A DNA stretch of 64,000 bases from NCBI GenBank assembly GCA_035764905.1, contig DASTYN010000002.1:115616-179615 (forward strand). The letters run 5' to 3'. The translations under genes were made by a program, and so were the position numbers. The notes beneath the pieces are model-generated. The model was not told the origin of the DNA. It worked only from the letters and a program-made list of their open reading frames with translations, and did no database searches. Positions 38,816 through 48,148 of the stretch are shown here, piece after piece; the first letter of the stretch is position 1; each line of letters starts with the position of its first letter. The stretch comes from Candidatus Lumbricidiphila sp. GTDB lineage: Bacteria > Actinomycetota > Actinomycetes > Actinomycetales > Microbacteriaceae.

Positions 38816-39361
38816 GTGACCACGATTCTTCGCGCAGCTAGCGCTGCCATCGCCTCCTCAGCCCTGCTCATCGCGCTCGCAGCCTGCGCATCCGCTGCCC
38901 CGCAGACCACGCCCGCGCCGACCGCAACGACGAGTGCCGTCAGCGACCACGCCTGCACTGACGGCACGGGCATCACCGTGGCGGTCGACGCCTCGGCGCT
39001 CGCGAACGGCGAGAGCAAGGCCTGGTGCATCAACACCACCGAGACCCTCACCGCTGCCGCGGCGCTCAAGCTGGTAAACGTCTCGACCGTGGGCACCAAG
39101 CAATATGGCGACCAGGTCGTGTGCCGCGTCAACGGGGTGCCCGCAAGCGACACCAAGATCCCGAACCCAGACGGCTCCGACTACTTCGAAACGTGTGAGG
39201 GCATGCCGGCCGCATTCGCCTACTGGGCACTGTGGGTCAAGCCGGCTGGTGGCGCCTGGGGCTTCGCGCAAGAAGGTGCCGCGACGCAAAAGGTGGCGCC
39301 CGGCGAGGGCGTCGAACTGTTGTTCCAGCTGAACGGCAAGCCAGCAGCGCCCGCGAACTAG
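38816..39361 (+). CDS. Lipoprotein with a DUF4430/transcobalamin-C-like domain; putative ECF substrate-capture protein
   Basis: Lipobox LAAC; GITVAVD...C...YGDQVVCRVNGVP...C..MP..FAYWALW...WGFAQEGA; stop is 1 bp before the ECF gene. Confidence 0.6.
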   Translation: MTTILRAASAAIASSALLIALAACASAAPQTTPAPTATTSAVSDHACTDGTGITVAVDASALANGESKAWCINTTETLTAAAALKLVNVSTVGTKQYGDQVVCRVNGVPASDTKIPNPDGSDYFETCEGMPAAFAYWALWVKPAGGAWGFAQEGAATQKVAPGEGVELLFQLNGKPAAPAN

Positions 39362-39362
39362 C

Positions 39363-42254
39363 ATGACCTTCCGACCCGGGCCACTGCGCGCCGCGGCGAT
39401 TCTCGCTGGCGGTTTCGTAGTGGCCCGGGTGCTGTATCGCCTCTTGTTCCACGGCGCCGACGGCGTCGGTGTGGTGTTGCTCGCCCTGCCCGCCATCCGC
39501 CTGACACCACCGTTCGCACATGTGGTGCTGCTTGGACCGGTGACGGCCGACGGACTTTGGGATGCCGCGACCAGCGCCCTCCCAATCGCCCTCACAATCC
39601 TGGCGTTTGGGCTCGTCAATGCCGGGTTCGATCTGAACCGGTTGTTCGGGCAGGCGTCGCGGCGAGGACTGCTGCGTGGGATATTCCGAGCCCTCGCCAT
39701 CGCGTCTGCGACCCTCCCGTCGCTCGCCGAAGGCGCACGGGCAGTTCGGTTCGCGCAGCGGCTCCGCGGCGAGCGCGGTGGGGCACGAATTCTGCTCCCG
39801 TTGTTCGAGCGCACACTTGAGCGCGCAGGATCGATCGCGGCAGCCCTCGAATTGCGCGGGTTCGCGGGCCGGGGGCTCACCGGGGGACAAACAATCCCGG
39901 TCGAGGCCGCCGGTGTCACGCTGGGATTCGGCGCACCCTGGGCGACGAGCGGTGCGCTCGTGCTCCCCGAAACGCTCGCGCTGCGAACCGGCACCCTGAC
40001 CGTCGTCGCCGGCCCAACCGGCGCCGGAAAATCCACGCTGCTTCGTGCAATTGCCGGGCTCCACACGCACACCGATGGCGGGTGGATCGCCGGCAGCCTG
40101 CGGGCCGTCGGGCACGACCGCAATGCCGTACCCCCGCGAGACCTCGCGGGCAGCATCGGCATGGTGCTGCAGCATCCGCGCGAAGCGTTCGTGACCGAGC
40201 GGGTGCGCGATGAGATCGGGCTGGCGCTCGAGTTGCGGGGGGTCACCCCGGTGTTCGTGCACGCGAGCGTCGCCGAGGTCGCCGAACGAGTCGGCATCAT
40301 GGCACTGCTCGACCGGCCGACACGAGGCCTCTCGGCGGGCGAGGCAACACTGGTGGCGATTGCGGCTGCAATCGTGGAGCATCCAGCACTGCTGCTCGTC
40401 GATGAGCCGCTCGCTGACCTCGACACGGCAGCGCGAGCCCGGATCGCACACCTCCTCGGCGCGCTCGCCCACGATGCGGGGATGTGCGTGGTGGTCGCCG
40501 AGCACCGGTTCGGCGCGCTGGTGGGCGAGGCCGACGACATTGTGCACATCGACTCGAGGCAGGTGAGCGTGGGGCACCCCGTGACCTCCGCCGGCGTGGT
40601 GGAGTCGACGCGCGAGTTCCCGATACCGCCGGCGCCGAACGTTGAGCACCAATCGACCGTGCTGAGCGCCCGCGGCATCACCGTTCGCTACCGCGACACG
40701 TTCGCTGTGGCGAACGCCGACATCGACGTTCGCGCTGGCGAGATTGTCGCCCTCGTCGGGCACAACGGCGCCGGCAAATCGAGCCTGCTCGCCGCGCTCG
40801 CGCTTCCCGACCGCAACGCGCGGGTCGAGGCAGCTGGTCGGGTGGCGTTCGTTCCGGATGCCTCGGACGATCTGTTCATCTTCGACACTGTCGCAGATGA
40901 GTGCCGCCGGGCGGACCGGCAGGCAGCCCGGCGCGCCGGTCGCGTTCGCGAGGCGAACCCCGCACACCCCGACCAACCCACGGCCTCCCGGTTCGCCGGA
41001 TTCCTCGGGCTCGATCCGCAGGGCCCGGCGTTCATCGGGCTCCTGACCAGGCATCCACGCGATCTCTCCGCAGGTGAGCGACGCTGTCTGGCCATCGCGA
41101 TCCAACTCGCCGGGGCACCGCGCGCGCTGCTCATCGATGAACCTTCGCGCGGCCTCGGCCCCGCGGCACGCGAGCTCGTTTGGGCCGCACTCCAGGCGCT
41201 CGCGGCCGAAGGCACCGGTGTGCTGGTGGCAACGCATGAGCCTGACTTTGTGGAGAGAGCGGGCCGCGGGCTCGAGATGCGATCGGGCATGGTGGCGCCG
41301 GCCCAGACCGCGGCGCCCGTGCCCGCCACGTCAGTGGCGGCCGAGGCGTCAGCCGCCGCCATGAGGGCTACCGCTCCGCGCACATCGCAGCCGGGGCATC
41401 CGATCGTTCAACCCACCAATTCTGGCGACGAGATCGGAAGCGCGCCCGAACTGCGGCGACCGCACGAAGCATCCGGCGCCTCACCCACGGGTCTGCCTCG
41501 CGTTCCCTGGCAGCTCCCCACCCTGATCGCGGCGAACCTCGTCGCACTCGGTGCGTTCTGTTGGCCGCTGGTCGCGACCGCCGTACCGGCGCAGGCCCAT
41601 GCCGCGGTGCCAATCGCCGCGCTGGCCCTCGCTCCCCTCGCCGTCTTCGTCGTGCTCGCGACACTCGACGGCACCGTGCGGTCGGCCCACATGCTCGCGC
41701 TGCTCGGCACGCTCGCGGCGGTCGGCGCTGCGATTCGAATCGCGAGCACCGGCGTCGGCGGCGTCGAGGCAGTGTTTGTGCTGCTGATTCTGGGCGGCCG
41801 GGCCTTCGGCACACGATTCGGCATGCTGCTCGGCATGGGCGCGATCGCGCTCTCGACCCTCGTCACCGGAACGTTCGGCCCGTGGACGCCGTTCCAGATG
41901 TTCGCGTGCGCATGGGTGGGCGGGCTCGCCGGGCTCCTCCCCCGGCGGATGCCACGACCCGCCGAGATCGCAATGCTCTGCGCCTACGGGGTGATCGCCT
42001 CGTACCTGTTCGGACTTCTCATGAACCTCTGGTTTTGGCCGTTCGCGGTCGGGTACGGCACCGGAATTTCGTATGACGGCGCAGCCGGGCTGGAGGTGAA
42101 CCTTGCGAGCTTTCTGCTGTATTCACTCGTGACCTCGACGCTCAGCTGGGACACCCTGCGTGCGATCACCACGGTGGTCGGACTCATACTCGTAGGCCGG
42201 CCGATCCTGGCAGCCATGCGGCGCACGAAGCCGCTCGTGGGCGGCTCAGACTGA
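39363..42254 (+). CDS. Fused ECF transporter: EcfT-like TM domain + two ABC ATPases + S component
   Basis: T motif LERAGSIAAALELRGF; Walker A GPTGAGKST (~40011) and GHNGAGKSS (~40758); LSAGE signatures; Walker B LVDEP and LIDEP; C-terminal S-like domain (GVGGVEAVF...FGPWTPFQM...WDTLRA). Confidence 0.85.
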   Translation: MTFRPGPLRAAAILAGGFVVARVLYRLLFHGADGVGVVLLALPAIRLTPPFAHVVLLGPVTADGLWDAATSALPIALTILAFGLVNAGFDLNRLFGQASRRGLLRGIFRALAIASATLPSLAEGARAVRFAQRLRGERGGARILLPLFERTLERAGSIAAALELRGFAGRGLTGGQTIPVEAAGVTLGFGAPWATSGALVLPETLALRTGTLTVVAGPTGAGKSTLLRAIAGLHTHTDGGWIAGSLRAVGHDRNAVPPRDLAGSIGMVLQHPREAFVTERVRDEIGLALELRGVTPVFVHASVAEVAERVGIMALLDRPTRGLSAGEATLVAIAAAIVEHPALLLVDEPLADLDTAARARIAHLLGALAHDAGMCVVVAEHRFGALVGEADDIVHIDSRQVSVGHPVTSAGVVESTREFPIPPAPNVEHQSTVLSARGITVRYRDTFAVANADIDVRAGEIVALVGHNGAGKSSLLAALALPDRNARVEAAGRVAFVPDASDDLFIFDTVADECRRADRQAARRAGRVREANPAHPDQPTASRFAGFLGLDPQGPAFIGLLTRHPRDLSAGERRCLAIAIQLAGAPRALLIDEPSRGLGPAARELVWAALQALAAEGTGVLVATHEPDFVERAGRGLEMRSGMVAPAQTAAPVPATSVAAEASAAAMRATAPRTSQPGHPIVQPTNSGDEIGSAPELRRPHEASGASPTGLPRVPWQLPTLIAANLVALGAFCWPLVATAVPAQAHAAVPIAALALAPLAVFVVLATLDGTVRSAHMLALLGTLAAVGAAIRIASTGVGGVEAVFVLLILGGRAFGTRFGMLLGMGAIALSTLVTGTFGPWTPFQMFACAWVGGLAGLLPRRMPRPAEIAMLCAYGVIASYLFGLLMNLWFWPFAVGYGTGISYDGAAGLEVNLASFLLYSLVTSTLSWDTLRAITTVVGLILVGRPILAAMRRTKPLVGGSD

Positions 42255-45200
42255 GAAGTACTTCGCCTCAGGGTGGTGGAAGACGAAGGCATCGGTCGAC
42301 TGCTCGGGGTGCAACTGCAGTTCCTCGCTGAGTTCGACCCCCATGCGCTCCGGGCGGAGCAGTTCAACGACCTTGCGTCGGTCCTCCATCTCGGGGCAGG
42401 CCGGGTAGCCGAGCGAGAACCGCGCGCCGCGATACTCGAGTTTGAACAGGCCCGCGGTATCGGTCGGGTCTTCGGCCGAGAAGCCGAGCTCCGATCTGAT
42501 GCGCGCGTGCCAGAACTCGGCGAGCGCCTCGGTCAGCTGCATCACGAGCCCATTGAGTTCGTAGTAGTCGCGGTATTTGTCTTCGGCGAACAGTTTCGCC
42601 GTGACGGAGTCGATATGCGCACCCGCCGTGACGAGTTGCACGGGCAGCACGTCCACCTGTCCGGATTCGCGCGAACGCACGAAGTCGGCGAGACAGAGGT
42701 GGCGGTCGCGGCGCTGACGCGGGAAGTGGAACCGCAGGCGCTCGGAGCCAGGCGAACCACCAGAGCCACCGTCGGGTGCGAGCAGCCCCGCCGAGCCCAG
42801 TACGCCCGCAGCGTCGTCACCGTGGTGCAACACGATGAGGTCGTTGCCGTCAGAGACCACCGGGAAGTACCCGTACGCGATCGATGCGTCGAGCATGCCC
42901 TCGCCGAGAATCCGGTCGAGCCAGTACCGCAGCCGCGGCCGCCCCTCAGTCTCGACCAGTTGTTCGTAGGTCGCGCCGTCTTCACCGCGGCCCGGCTTGA
43001 GCCCCCATTGCCCCATGAACGTGGCGCGCTCATCGAGGAACGCCGCGTAGTCGTGCAGTGCGAGGCCGCGCACGATACGGGTGCCCCAAAACGGCGGGGT
43101 GGGCACCGGGTTGTCGGATGCCACGTCCGACCGAGTCGGCATCGCCTCGGGTTCGGTGAGTGTCAGTTTCGAACCAGTCGCGTGGTGCCGCTTCTTGAGC
43201 GCTGGCAGCCCGACGGTCGCGGGGTCGGCGCCTCGCGCGATCTTCACCAGCGGCTCCATGAGCGCGAGGCCCTCGAACGCATCGCGCGCGTAGCGCACCT
43301 CGCCGTCGAACCTCGAGGCGAGGTCGTCTTCGACGTAAGCGCGGGTCAGCGCCGCACCACCCAGGATCACCGGCCACTTGGTGCCAAGCCCCCGTGCGGT
43401 GAGCTCCTCGAGGTTTTCCTTCATGACGACGGTTGACTTCACGAGCAGACCCGACATGCCGATGACGTCGGCGTTGTGTGCTTCAGCGGCGGCGATGATG
43501 TCGGCGATCGGCTGCTTGATCCCGAGGTTGACCACGTCGTAGCCGTTGTTCGTGAGGATGATGTCGACGAGGTTCTTGCCGATGTCGTGCACGTCACCGC
43601 GCACGGTCGCGAGGATGATGCGGCCTTTGCCCGAGGCATCCGCTTTTTCCATATGCGGTTCGAGGAGCGCAACCGCGGTCTTCATGACCTCGGCAGACTG
43701 CAGCACAAACGGCAACTGCATCTCGCCGGCGCCGAAGCGTTCACCGACGATCTTCATGCCCTCAAGCAGGTGATCGTTGATGATCTGCAGCGCGCTCAGC
43801 CCGCCCTCGCGCGCGAGGTCGAGGTCGGCTTCAAGCCCCTTGCCTTCGCCGTCAATGATGCGGCGTTCGAGCCGCTCACCAACGGGCAGCGCAGCGAGTT
43901 CGGCGGCGCGCTGGTTGCGGAGGGCGGTCGTGTCGACGCCGGCGAACAGGTCGAGCATTCGCGCCAGCGGGTCGTAGGTGACGTTGCCGTCGGCGTCGTA
44001 TTCGCGGCGATCCCAGACCAGATCGAGGGCGACCTTGCGCTGCTCTTCTGAGATCGATGCGAGTGGCACGATCTTCGCTGCGTCGATGATGCCGCTCGTG
44101 AGCCCTGCCTGCACGGCCTCATGCATGAACGCGGAGTTCAACACGCTGCGGGCGGCGGGGTTCAGGCCGAATGACACGTTCGAGACGCCGAGGGTCGTGT
44201 TGATGCCCGGGTACTTGGTCGAGATCTCACGGATCGCGTCGATCGTCTCGATCGCGTCGCGGCGGGTCTCTTCTTGGCCGGTCGCGATCGGGAACGTCAA
44301 GCAGTCGACGATGATGTCGCTCACACGCATTCCCCAGTCGCCGACAAGTTCGTCGATCAGGCGCGACGCGATGCGAACCTTATCAACGGCGGTGCGGGCC
44401 TGACCCTGCTCGTCGATCGTGAGGGCGATGACCGCGGTGCCGTGCTCCTTGACCAGGGGCATGATGCGCCCGAAGCGGGAGTTCGGGCCGTCGCCATCTT
44501 CGTAGTTCACCGAGTTCACGACGGGGCGTCCGCCGATCAGTTCGAGGCCGGCGGCGATAACCGCGGGTTCGGTGGAGTCGACCACGAGCGGCAACGTGGA
44601 AGCGCTGGCAAATCGCGAGACGACCTCGCGCATATCGGCGGCGCCATCACGCCCGACGTAGTCGGTGCAGACATCGAGCAGGTGCGCGCCGACCCGGATC
44701 TGATCGCGGGCGATTTCGACGCAATCGTCCCATCGGCCCTCGAGCATCGCCTCGCGGAATGCCTTCGACCCGTTCGCGTTCGTGCGTTCGCCGATGGCGA
44801 GGTACGAGGCATCCTGTTTGAACGACACGTGCTGATAGAGCGACGCGATGCCAGGGTCTGACTCGGTACGACGGGCGGGCACCCCGCCGATCGGGCGCAG
44901 CCGCTCAACGACCGCGGCGAGGTGCGCAGGTGTGGTGCCACAGCATCCGCCGACGAGCCCCAGCCCGAACTCACGCACGAACTGTTCATGCGCGGTGGCG
45001 AGCTCTTCTGGTGAGAGCGGGTAGTGCGCACCGTTCGCACCGAGCACCGGTAGCCCCGCATTCGGCATACACGCAATCGGCACGGTGGCGTGCTTCGAGA
45101 GGTGCCGCAGGTGCTCGCTCATCTCGGCAGGGCCGGTCGCGCAGTTGAGGCCGATTGCGTCGACACCGAGCGGCTCGATCGCCGTGAGCGCCGCCCCGAT

Positions 45201-45878
45201 TTCGGAGCCCATCAGCATGGTGCCGGTGGTCTCGACGGTCACTTCAACAAAAATCGGCAAGCGGATGCCTCGGCTCACGATTGCCTGGCGGCAGCCGTTG
45301 ATCGCCGCCTTCGTTTGCAAGAGGTCCTGGCTCGTCTCGACGAGGAACGCGTCGGCACCGCCGTCGATGAGGCCCTCGGCTTGCAGCGCGAACGTCTGCT
45401 TCAGGTTGTCGTACGTGGTGTGCCCGAGGCTCGGCAACTTCGTGCCCGGGCCGATAGAGCCGAGCACCCACCGCATGCGGCTGTCGCCGGCCTCTGCGGC
45501 CTCAACGCGCTCGCGCGCAATGCGCGCACCAACCTCGGCGAGTTCAGCGATGCGATCGACGATGCCGTAGTCATCGAGGTTCGACCAGTTCGCACCGAAT
45601 GTGTTCGTCTCAATCGCATCGACGCCGACCTCAAGGTAGGCATCGTGGATCTCCCCGACCACGTCGGGGCGGGTGACATTGAGGATCTCGTTGCAGCCCT
45701 CAAGCCCCTGAAAATCGCCGTCGATCGACAGGTCGTAGCGCTGCAGCATGGTGCCCATGGCACCGTCAGCAATGACCACCCGCTCACGCACCGCGTCGAG
45801 CAATTGCTGCGCCCGCGCTGGCCGGGGCACTCCATCAATATCGAGGGCGAAACGGGGTGCGGGCGATGCGACGGTCAC
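42246..45878 (-). CDS. metH: Cobalamin-dependent methionine synthase
   Basis: GTG start at 45878; ADGAMGT, LNCATGP, GGCCGT, IGERTNANGS, B12-binding GDVHDIGKN and MSGLL, activation domain GARFSLGYPACP. Confidence 0.97.
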   Translation of the reverse strand: MTVASPAPRFALDIDGVPRPARAQQLLDAVRERVVIADGAMGTMLQRYDLSIDGDFQGLEGCNEILNVTRPDVVGEIHDAYLEVGVDAIETNTFGANWSNLDDYGIVDRIAELAEVGARIARERVEAAEAGDSRMRWVLGSIGPGTKLPSLGHTTYDNLKQTFALQAEGLIDGGADAFLVETSQDLLQTKAAINGCRQAIVSRGIRLPIFVEVTVETTGTMLMGSEIGAALTAIEPLGVDAIGLNCATGPAEMSEHLRHLSKHATVPIACMPNAGLPVLGANGAHYPLSPEELATAHEQFVREFGLGLVGGCCGTTPAHLAAVVERLRPIGGVPARRTESDPGIASLYQHVSFKQDASYLAIGERTNANGSKAFREAMLEGRWDDCVEIARDQIRVGAHLLDVCTDYVGRDGAADMREVVSRFASASTLPLVVDSTEPAVIAAGLELIGGRPVVNSVNYEDGDGPNSRFGRIMPLVKEHGTAVIALTIDEQGQARTAVDKVRIASRLIDELVGDWGMRVSDIIVDCLTFPIATGQEETRRDAIETIDAIREISTKYPGINTTLGVSNVSFGLNPAARSVLNSAFMHEAVQAGLTSGIIDAAKIVPLASISEEQRKVALDLVWDRREYDADGNVTYDPLARMLDLFAGVDTTALRNQRAAELAALPVGERLERRIIDGEGKGLEADLDLAREGGLSALQIINDHLLEGMKIVGERFGAGEMQLPFVLQSAEVMKTAVALLEPHMEKADASGKGRIILATVRGDVHDIGKNLVDIILTNNGYDVVNLGIKQPIADIIAAAEAHNADVIGMSGLLVKSTVVMKENLEELTARGLGTKWPVILGGAALTRAYVEDDLASRFDGEVRYARDAFEGLALMEPLVKIARGADPATVGLPALKKRHHATGSKLTLTEPEAMPTRSDVASDNPVPTPPFWGTRIVRGLALHDYAAFLDERATFMGQWGLKPGRGEDGATYEQLVETEGRPRLRYWLDRILGEGMLDASIAYGYFPVVSDGNDLIVLHHGDDAAGVLGSAGLLAPDGGSGGSPGSERLRFHFPRQRRDRHLCLADFVRSRESGQVDVLPVQLVTAGAHIDSVTAKLFAEDKYRDYYELNGLVMQLTEALAEFWHARIRSELGFSAEDPTDTAGLFKLEYRGARFSLGYPACPEMEDRRKVVELLRPERMGVELSEELQLHPEQSTDAFVFHHPEAKYFSV

Positions 45879-45940
45879 GCCCTTGATGTTAGTCGCGGCG
45901 GCACATCGGCGGTTCGGTTGCAGATCTGAGCGGACTCGGC

Positions 45941-46294
45941 TCAGGCCTTCTTCACAACGCTTGATTTGAGCTGCGTCGGCCCGATGCCATCCACCTTGCA
46001 ATCGATGTCGTGGTCACCGACACCGTCGATAAGTCGGATGCCCCGCACCTTCGTGCCGACCTTGATCACCAACGACGAACCCTTGACCTTCAGGTCTTTG
46101 ATCACCGTCACCGTGTCGCCGTCGGCGAGCGCGTTCCCGACCGCGTCAGTGATGACTCGCGCTGCCGGAGTCGCGTCATCGGTCACCGCATCTGGTGCCC
46201 ACTCGTGCCCACACATCGGGCAAACCAGCAGCGCGCCCATTTCGTAGGCATGCTCGCTCGAGCACTCAGGACACAGCGGGATCGGGGCAGTCAT
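45941..46294 (-). CDS. PhnA/YjdM family zinc-ribbon protein
   Basis: CPEC...CPMCGHEW; [23 protein letters not shown]; LKSSVVKK. Confidence 0.9.
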   Translation of the reverse strand: MTAPIPLCPECSSEHAYEMGALLVCPMCGHEWAPDAVTDDATPAARVITDAVGNALADGDTVTVIKDLKVKGSSLVIKVGTKVRGIRLIDGVGDHDIDCKVDGIGPTQLKSSVVKKA

Positions 46295-46352
46295 ACCTCA
46301 ACGGTAATCGCTGGACTCGATCGTAGATTCCCGCTCGATGCGTGCTGTACGG

Positions 46353-46655
46353 TCACGCAGCCCGCAGCGGAGTGATCATCGCGATCTGCTGCCCCGCAAC
46401 GTCCTCCGCGCGGTCGAGTTCGTAGTAACTCTGCAGGTTGATCCAGAATTCCGCCGAGGTGCCGAAATACTTCGACAACCGAAGCGCGGTGTCGGCACTG
46501 ATCCCCCGCTTGCCGTGCACGATCTCGTTGATCCGCCGAGGCGGCACTCCGATGGCGACGGCGAGTTTGTTCTGCGTGATCCCGAACCCAGTGATGAAGT
46601 CCTCCATGAGCACCTCGCCGGGGTGCACAGGGGGCAGCTTGTCAGTGATAGTCAA
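46353..46655 (-). CDS. higA: HigA antitoxin (HTH)
   Basis: Probable TTG start at 46655; HPGEVLMEDF...RRINEIVHGKRGISADTALRL...FWINLQ. Confidence 0.92.
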   Translation of the reverse strand: MTITDKLPPVHPGEVLMEDFITGFGITQNKLAVAIGVPPRRINEIVHGKRGISADTALRLSKYFGTSAEFWINLQSYYELDRAEDVAGQQIAMITPLRAA

Positions 46656-46923
46656 CGATCTCCACCTCCTCTGGTCCAGCGTCGGTCCACACAAAGCAGA
46701 TCCGCCACTGATCGTTAATCCTGATGCTGTGTTGTCCGGCACGACCGCCTTTGAGCGCTTCGAGCCGGTTTCCTGGCGGGAGCCGGAGATCGTCGAGCGA
46801 TACGGCAGACCCCACCTGACGAAGTTTGCGCAACGCCGTCGAATGGATCCGAGGATCGATCGACGGCACGCGATCACGACGCCACAGACGTTCGGTGTCC
46901 TTGTTCCCGAACGACCTGATCAC
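46642..46923 (-). CDS. higB: HigB (RelE/ParE family) toxin
   Basis: MIRSF...PPGNRLEALKG...HSIRINDQWRICFVW...VEIVDYH; toxin-first order. Confidence 0.93.
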   Translation of the reverse strand: MIRSFGNKDTERLWRRDRVPSIDPRIHSTALRKLRQVGSAVSLDDLRLPPGNRLEALKGGRAGQHSIRINDQWRICFVWTDAGPEEVEIVDYH

Positions 46924-46935
46924 GCGGTCATCGTA

Positions 46936-46966
46936 TAACGCACCGCGTCACTAACGCTAGACGTTA
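46936..46966. promoter_or_regulatory. Tandem candidate HigA operators
   Basis: TAACG-N5-CGTCA (46936-46950) next to TAACG-N5-CGTTA (46952-46966), 13 bp upstream of higB. Confidence 0.6.
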
Positions 46967-48033
46967 AACCGGAACTCCACCACATCACCATCGACCATGA
47001 CGTAGTCCTTGCCCTCCATGCGGGCCTTGCCCTTCGCGCGCGCTTCGGCGACCGAGCCGCAAGCGACGAGGTCCTCGAATGAGATCACCTCGGCCTTGAT
47101 GAACCCACGTTCAAAGTCGGTGTGGATGACTCCCGCCGCAGCCGGCGCCTTCCACCCCTTGTGAATCGTCCATGCGCGCGACTCTTTCGGCCCTGCGGTC
47201 AGGTAGGTCTGCAGCCCGAGCGTGTCGAAGCCGACCCGGGCGAGCTGGTCGAGGCCCGATTCTTCCTGTCCGAGCGACGCGAGCAACTCCATCGCCTCAT
47301 CGGCGTCGAGGTCGGCGAGTTCTGATTCGATCTTCGCGTCGAGGAACACTGCTTCGGCGGGGGCAACGAGGGCGGCGAGTGCGGCGCGAGCCGCGGCATC
47401 CGACAACACTGCCTCATCGACGTTGAAGACGTAGATGAATGGCTTCGCGGTGAGCAGTCCGAGCTCGCGAATCGGGGCAAGGTCGAGGCCGGAGGTCGAG
47501 AGCGGCACGCCCTTCTGCAGCGACTCAACGGCGGCGTGGGCCGCGTCGAGCACCTCGGGGCCGATCTTCTTGCCCTTCAGTTCCTTCTCGTAGCGCGGTA
47601 CCGCGCGCTCGAGGGTGTCGAGGTCGGCGAGGATCAACTCGGTGTTGATCGTCTCCATATCGGACTTCGGGTCGACCTTGCCGTCAACGTGCACGACGTC
47701 GCTGTCGGCGAATCCGCGAACGACCTGGGCGATCGCATCGGCCTCACGAATGTTCGAGAGGAACTTGTTACCAAGCCCCTCCCCTTCGCTTGCGCCGCGC
47801 ACGATGCCAGCGATGTCGACGAACGAGACACTCGCAGGCAGAATCCGCTCGCTGCCGAAGATCTCGGCGAGCTTCTCGAGGCGCGGGTCTGGCAGGTTCA
47901 CCACGCCGACGTTCGGCTCGATGGTCGCGAACGGGTAGTTCGCGGCGAGCACCGAGTTCTTGGTGAGCGCGTTGAACAGGGTCGATTTGCCGACATTCGG
48001 AAGTCCGACGATGCCGATAGTGAGTTGTGCCAT
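46957..48033 (-). CDS. ychF: Redox-regulated ATPase YchF
   Basis: ATG at 48033; GIVGLPNVGKSTLFNALT, ANYPFATIEPN, DIAGIVRGASEGEGLGNKFL, HTDFERGFI. Confidence 0.97.
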   Translation of the reverse strand: MAQLTIGIVGLPNVGKSTLFNALTKNSVLAANYPFATIEPNVGVVNLPDPRLEKLAEIFGSERILPASVSFVDIAGIVRGASEGEGLGNKFLSNIREADAIAQVVRGFADSDVVHVDGKVDPKSDMETINTELILADLDTLERAVPRYEKELKGKKIGPEVLDAAHAAVESLQKGVPLSTSGLDLAPIRELGLLTAKPFIYVFNVDEAVLSDAAARAALAALVAPAEAVFLDAKIESELADLDADEAMELLASLGQEESGLDQLARVGFDTLGLQTYLTAGPKESRAWTIHKGWKAPAAAGVIHTDFERGFIKAEVISFEDLVACGSVAEARAKGKARMEGKDYVMVDGDVVEFRFNV

Positions 48034-48148
48034 AGCGCCCTCAAACCTACCGGATGCCCCGCGGCTGGCGCCGTTCGCGACTGCCGACCGCAGCACGAAG
48101 CATCCGGCGATCCTTGACCCCCACAAACGTGGGCCATAGCGTGGAGGG

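Noticed and set aside
38700-38816. Cobalamin riboswitch upstream of the lipoprotein-ECF genes
   Set aside because: The intergenic gap is only 21 bp and no B12-box or GGGAA/GCCACTG core is present; none upstream of metH either.
39237-41237. Long antisense ORF (666 aa) and alternative-frame ORF 38858-40681 over the ECF fusion
   Set aside because: Shadow ORFs with Arg/Gly/Pro-rich composition and no RBS or domain signal.
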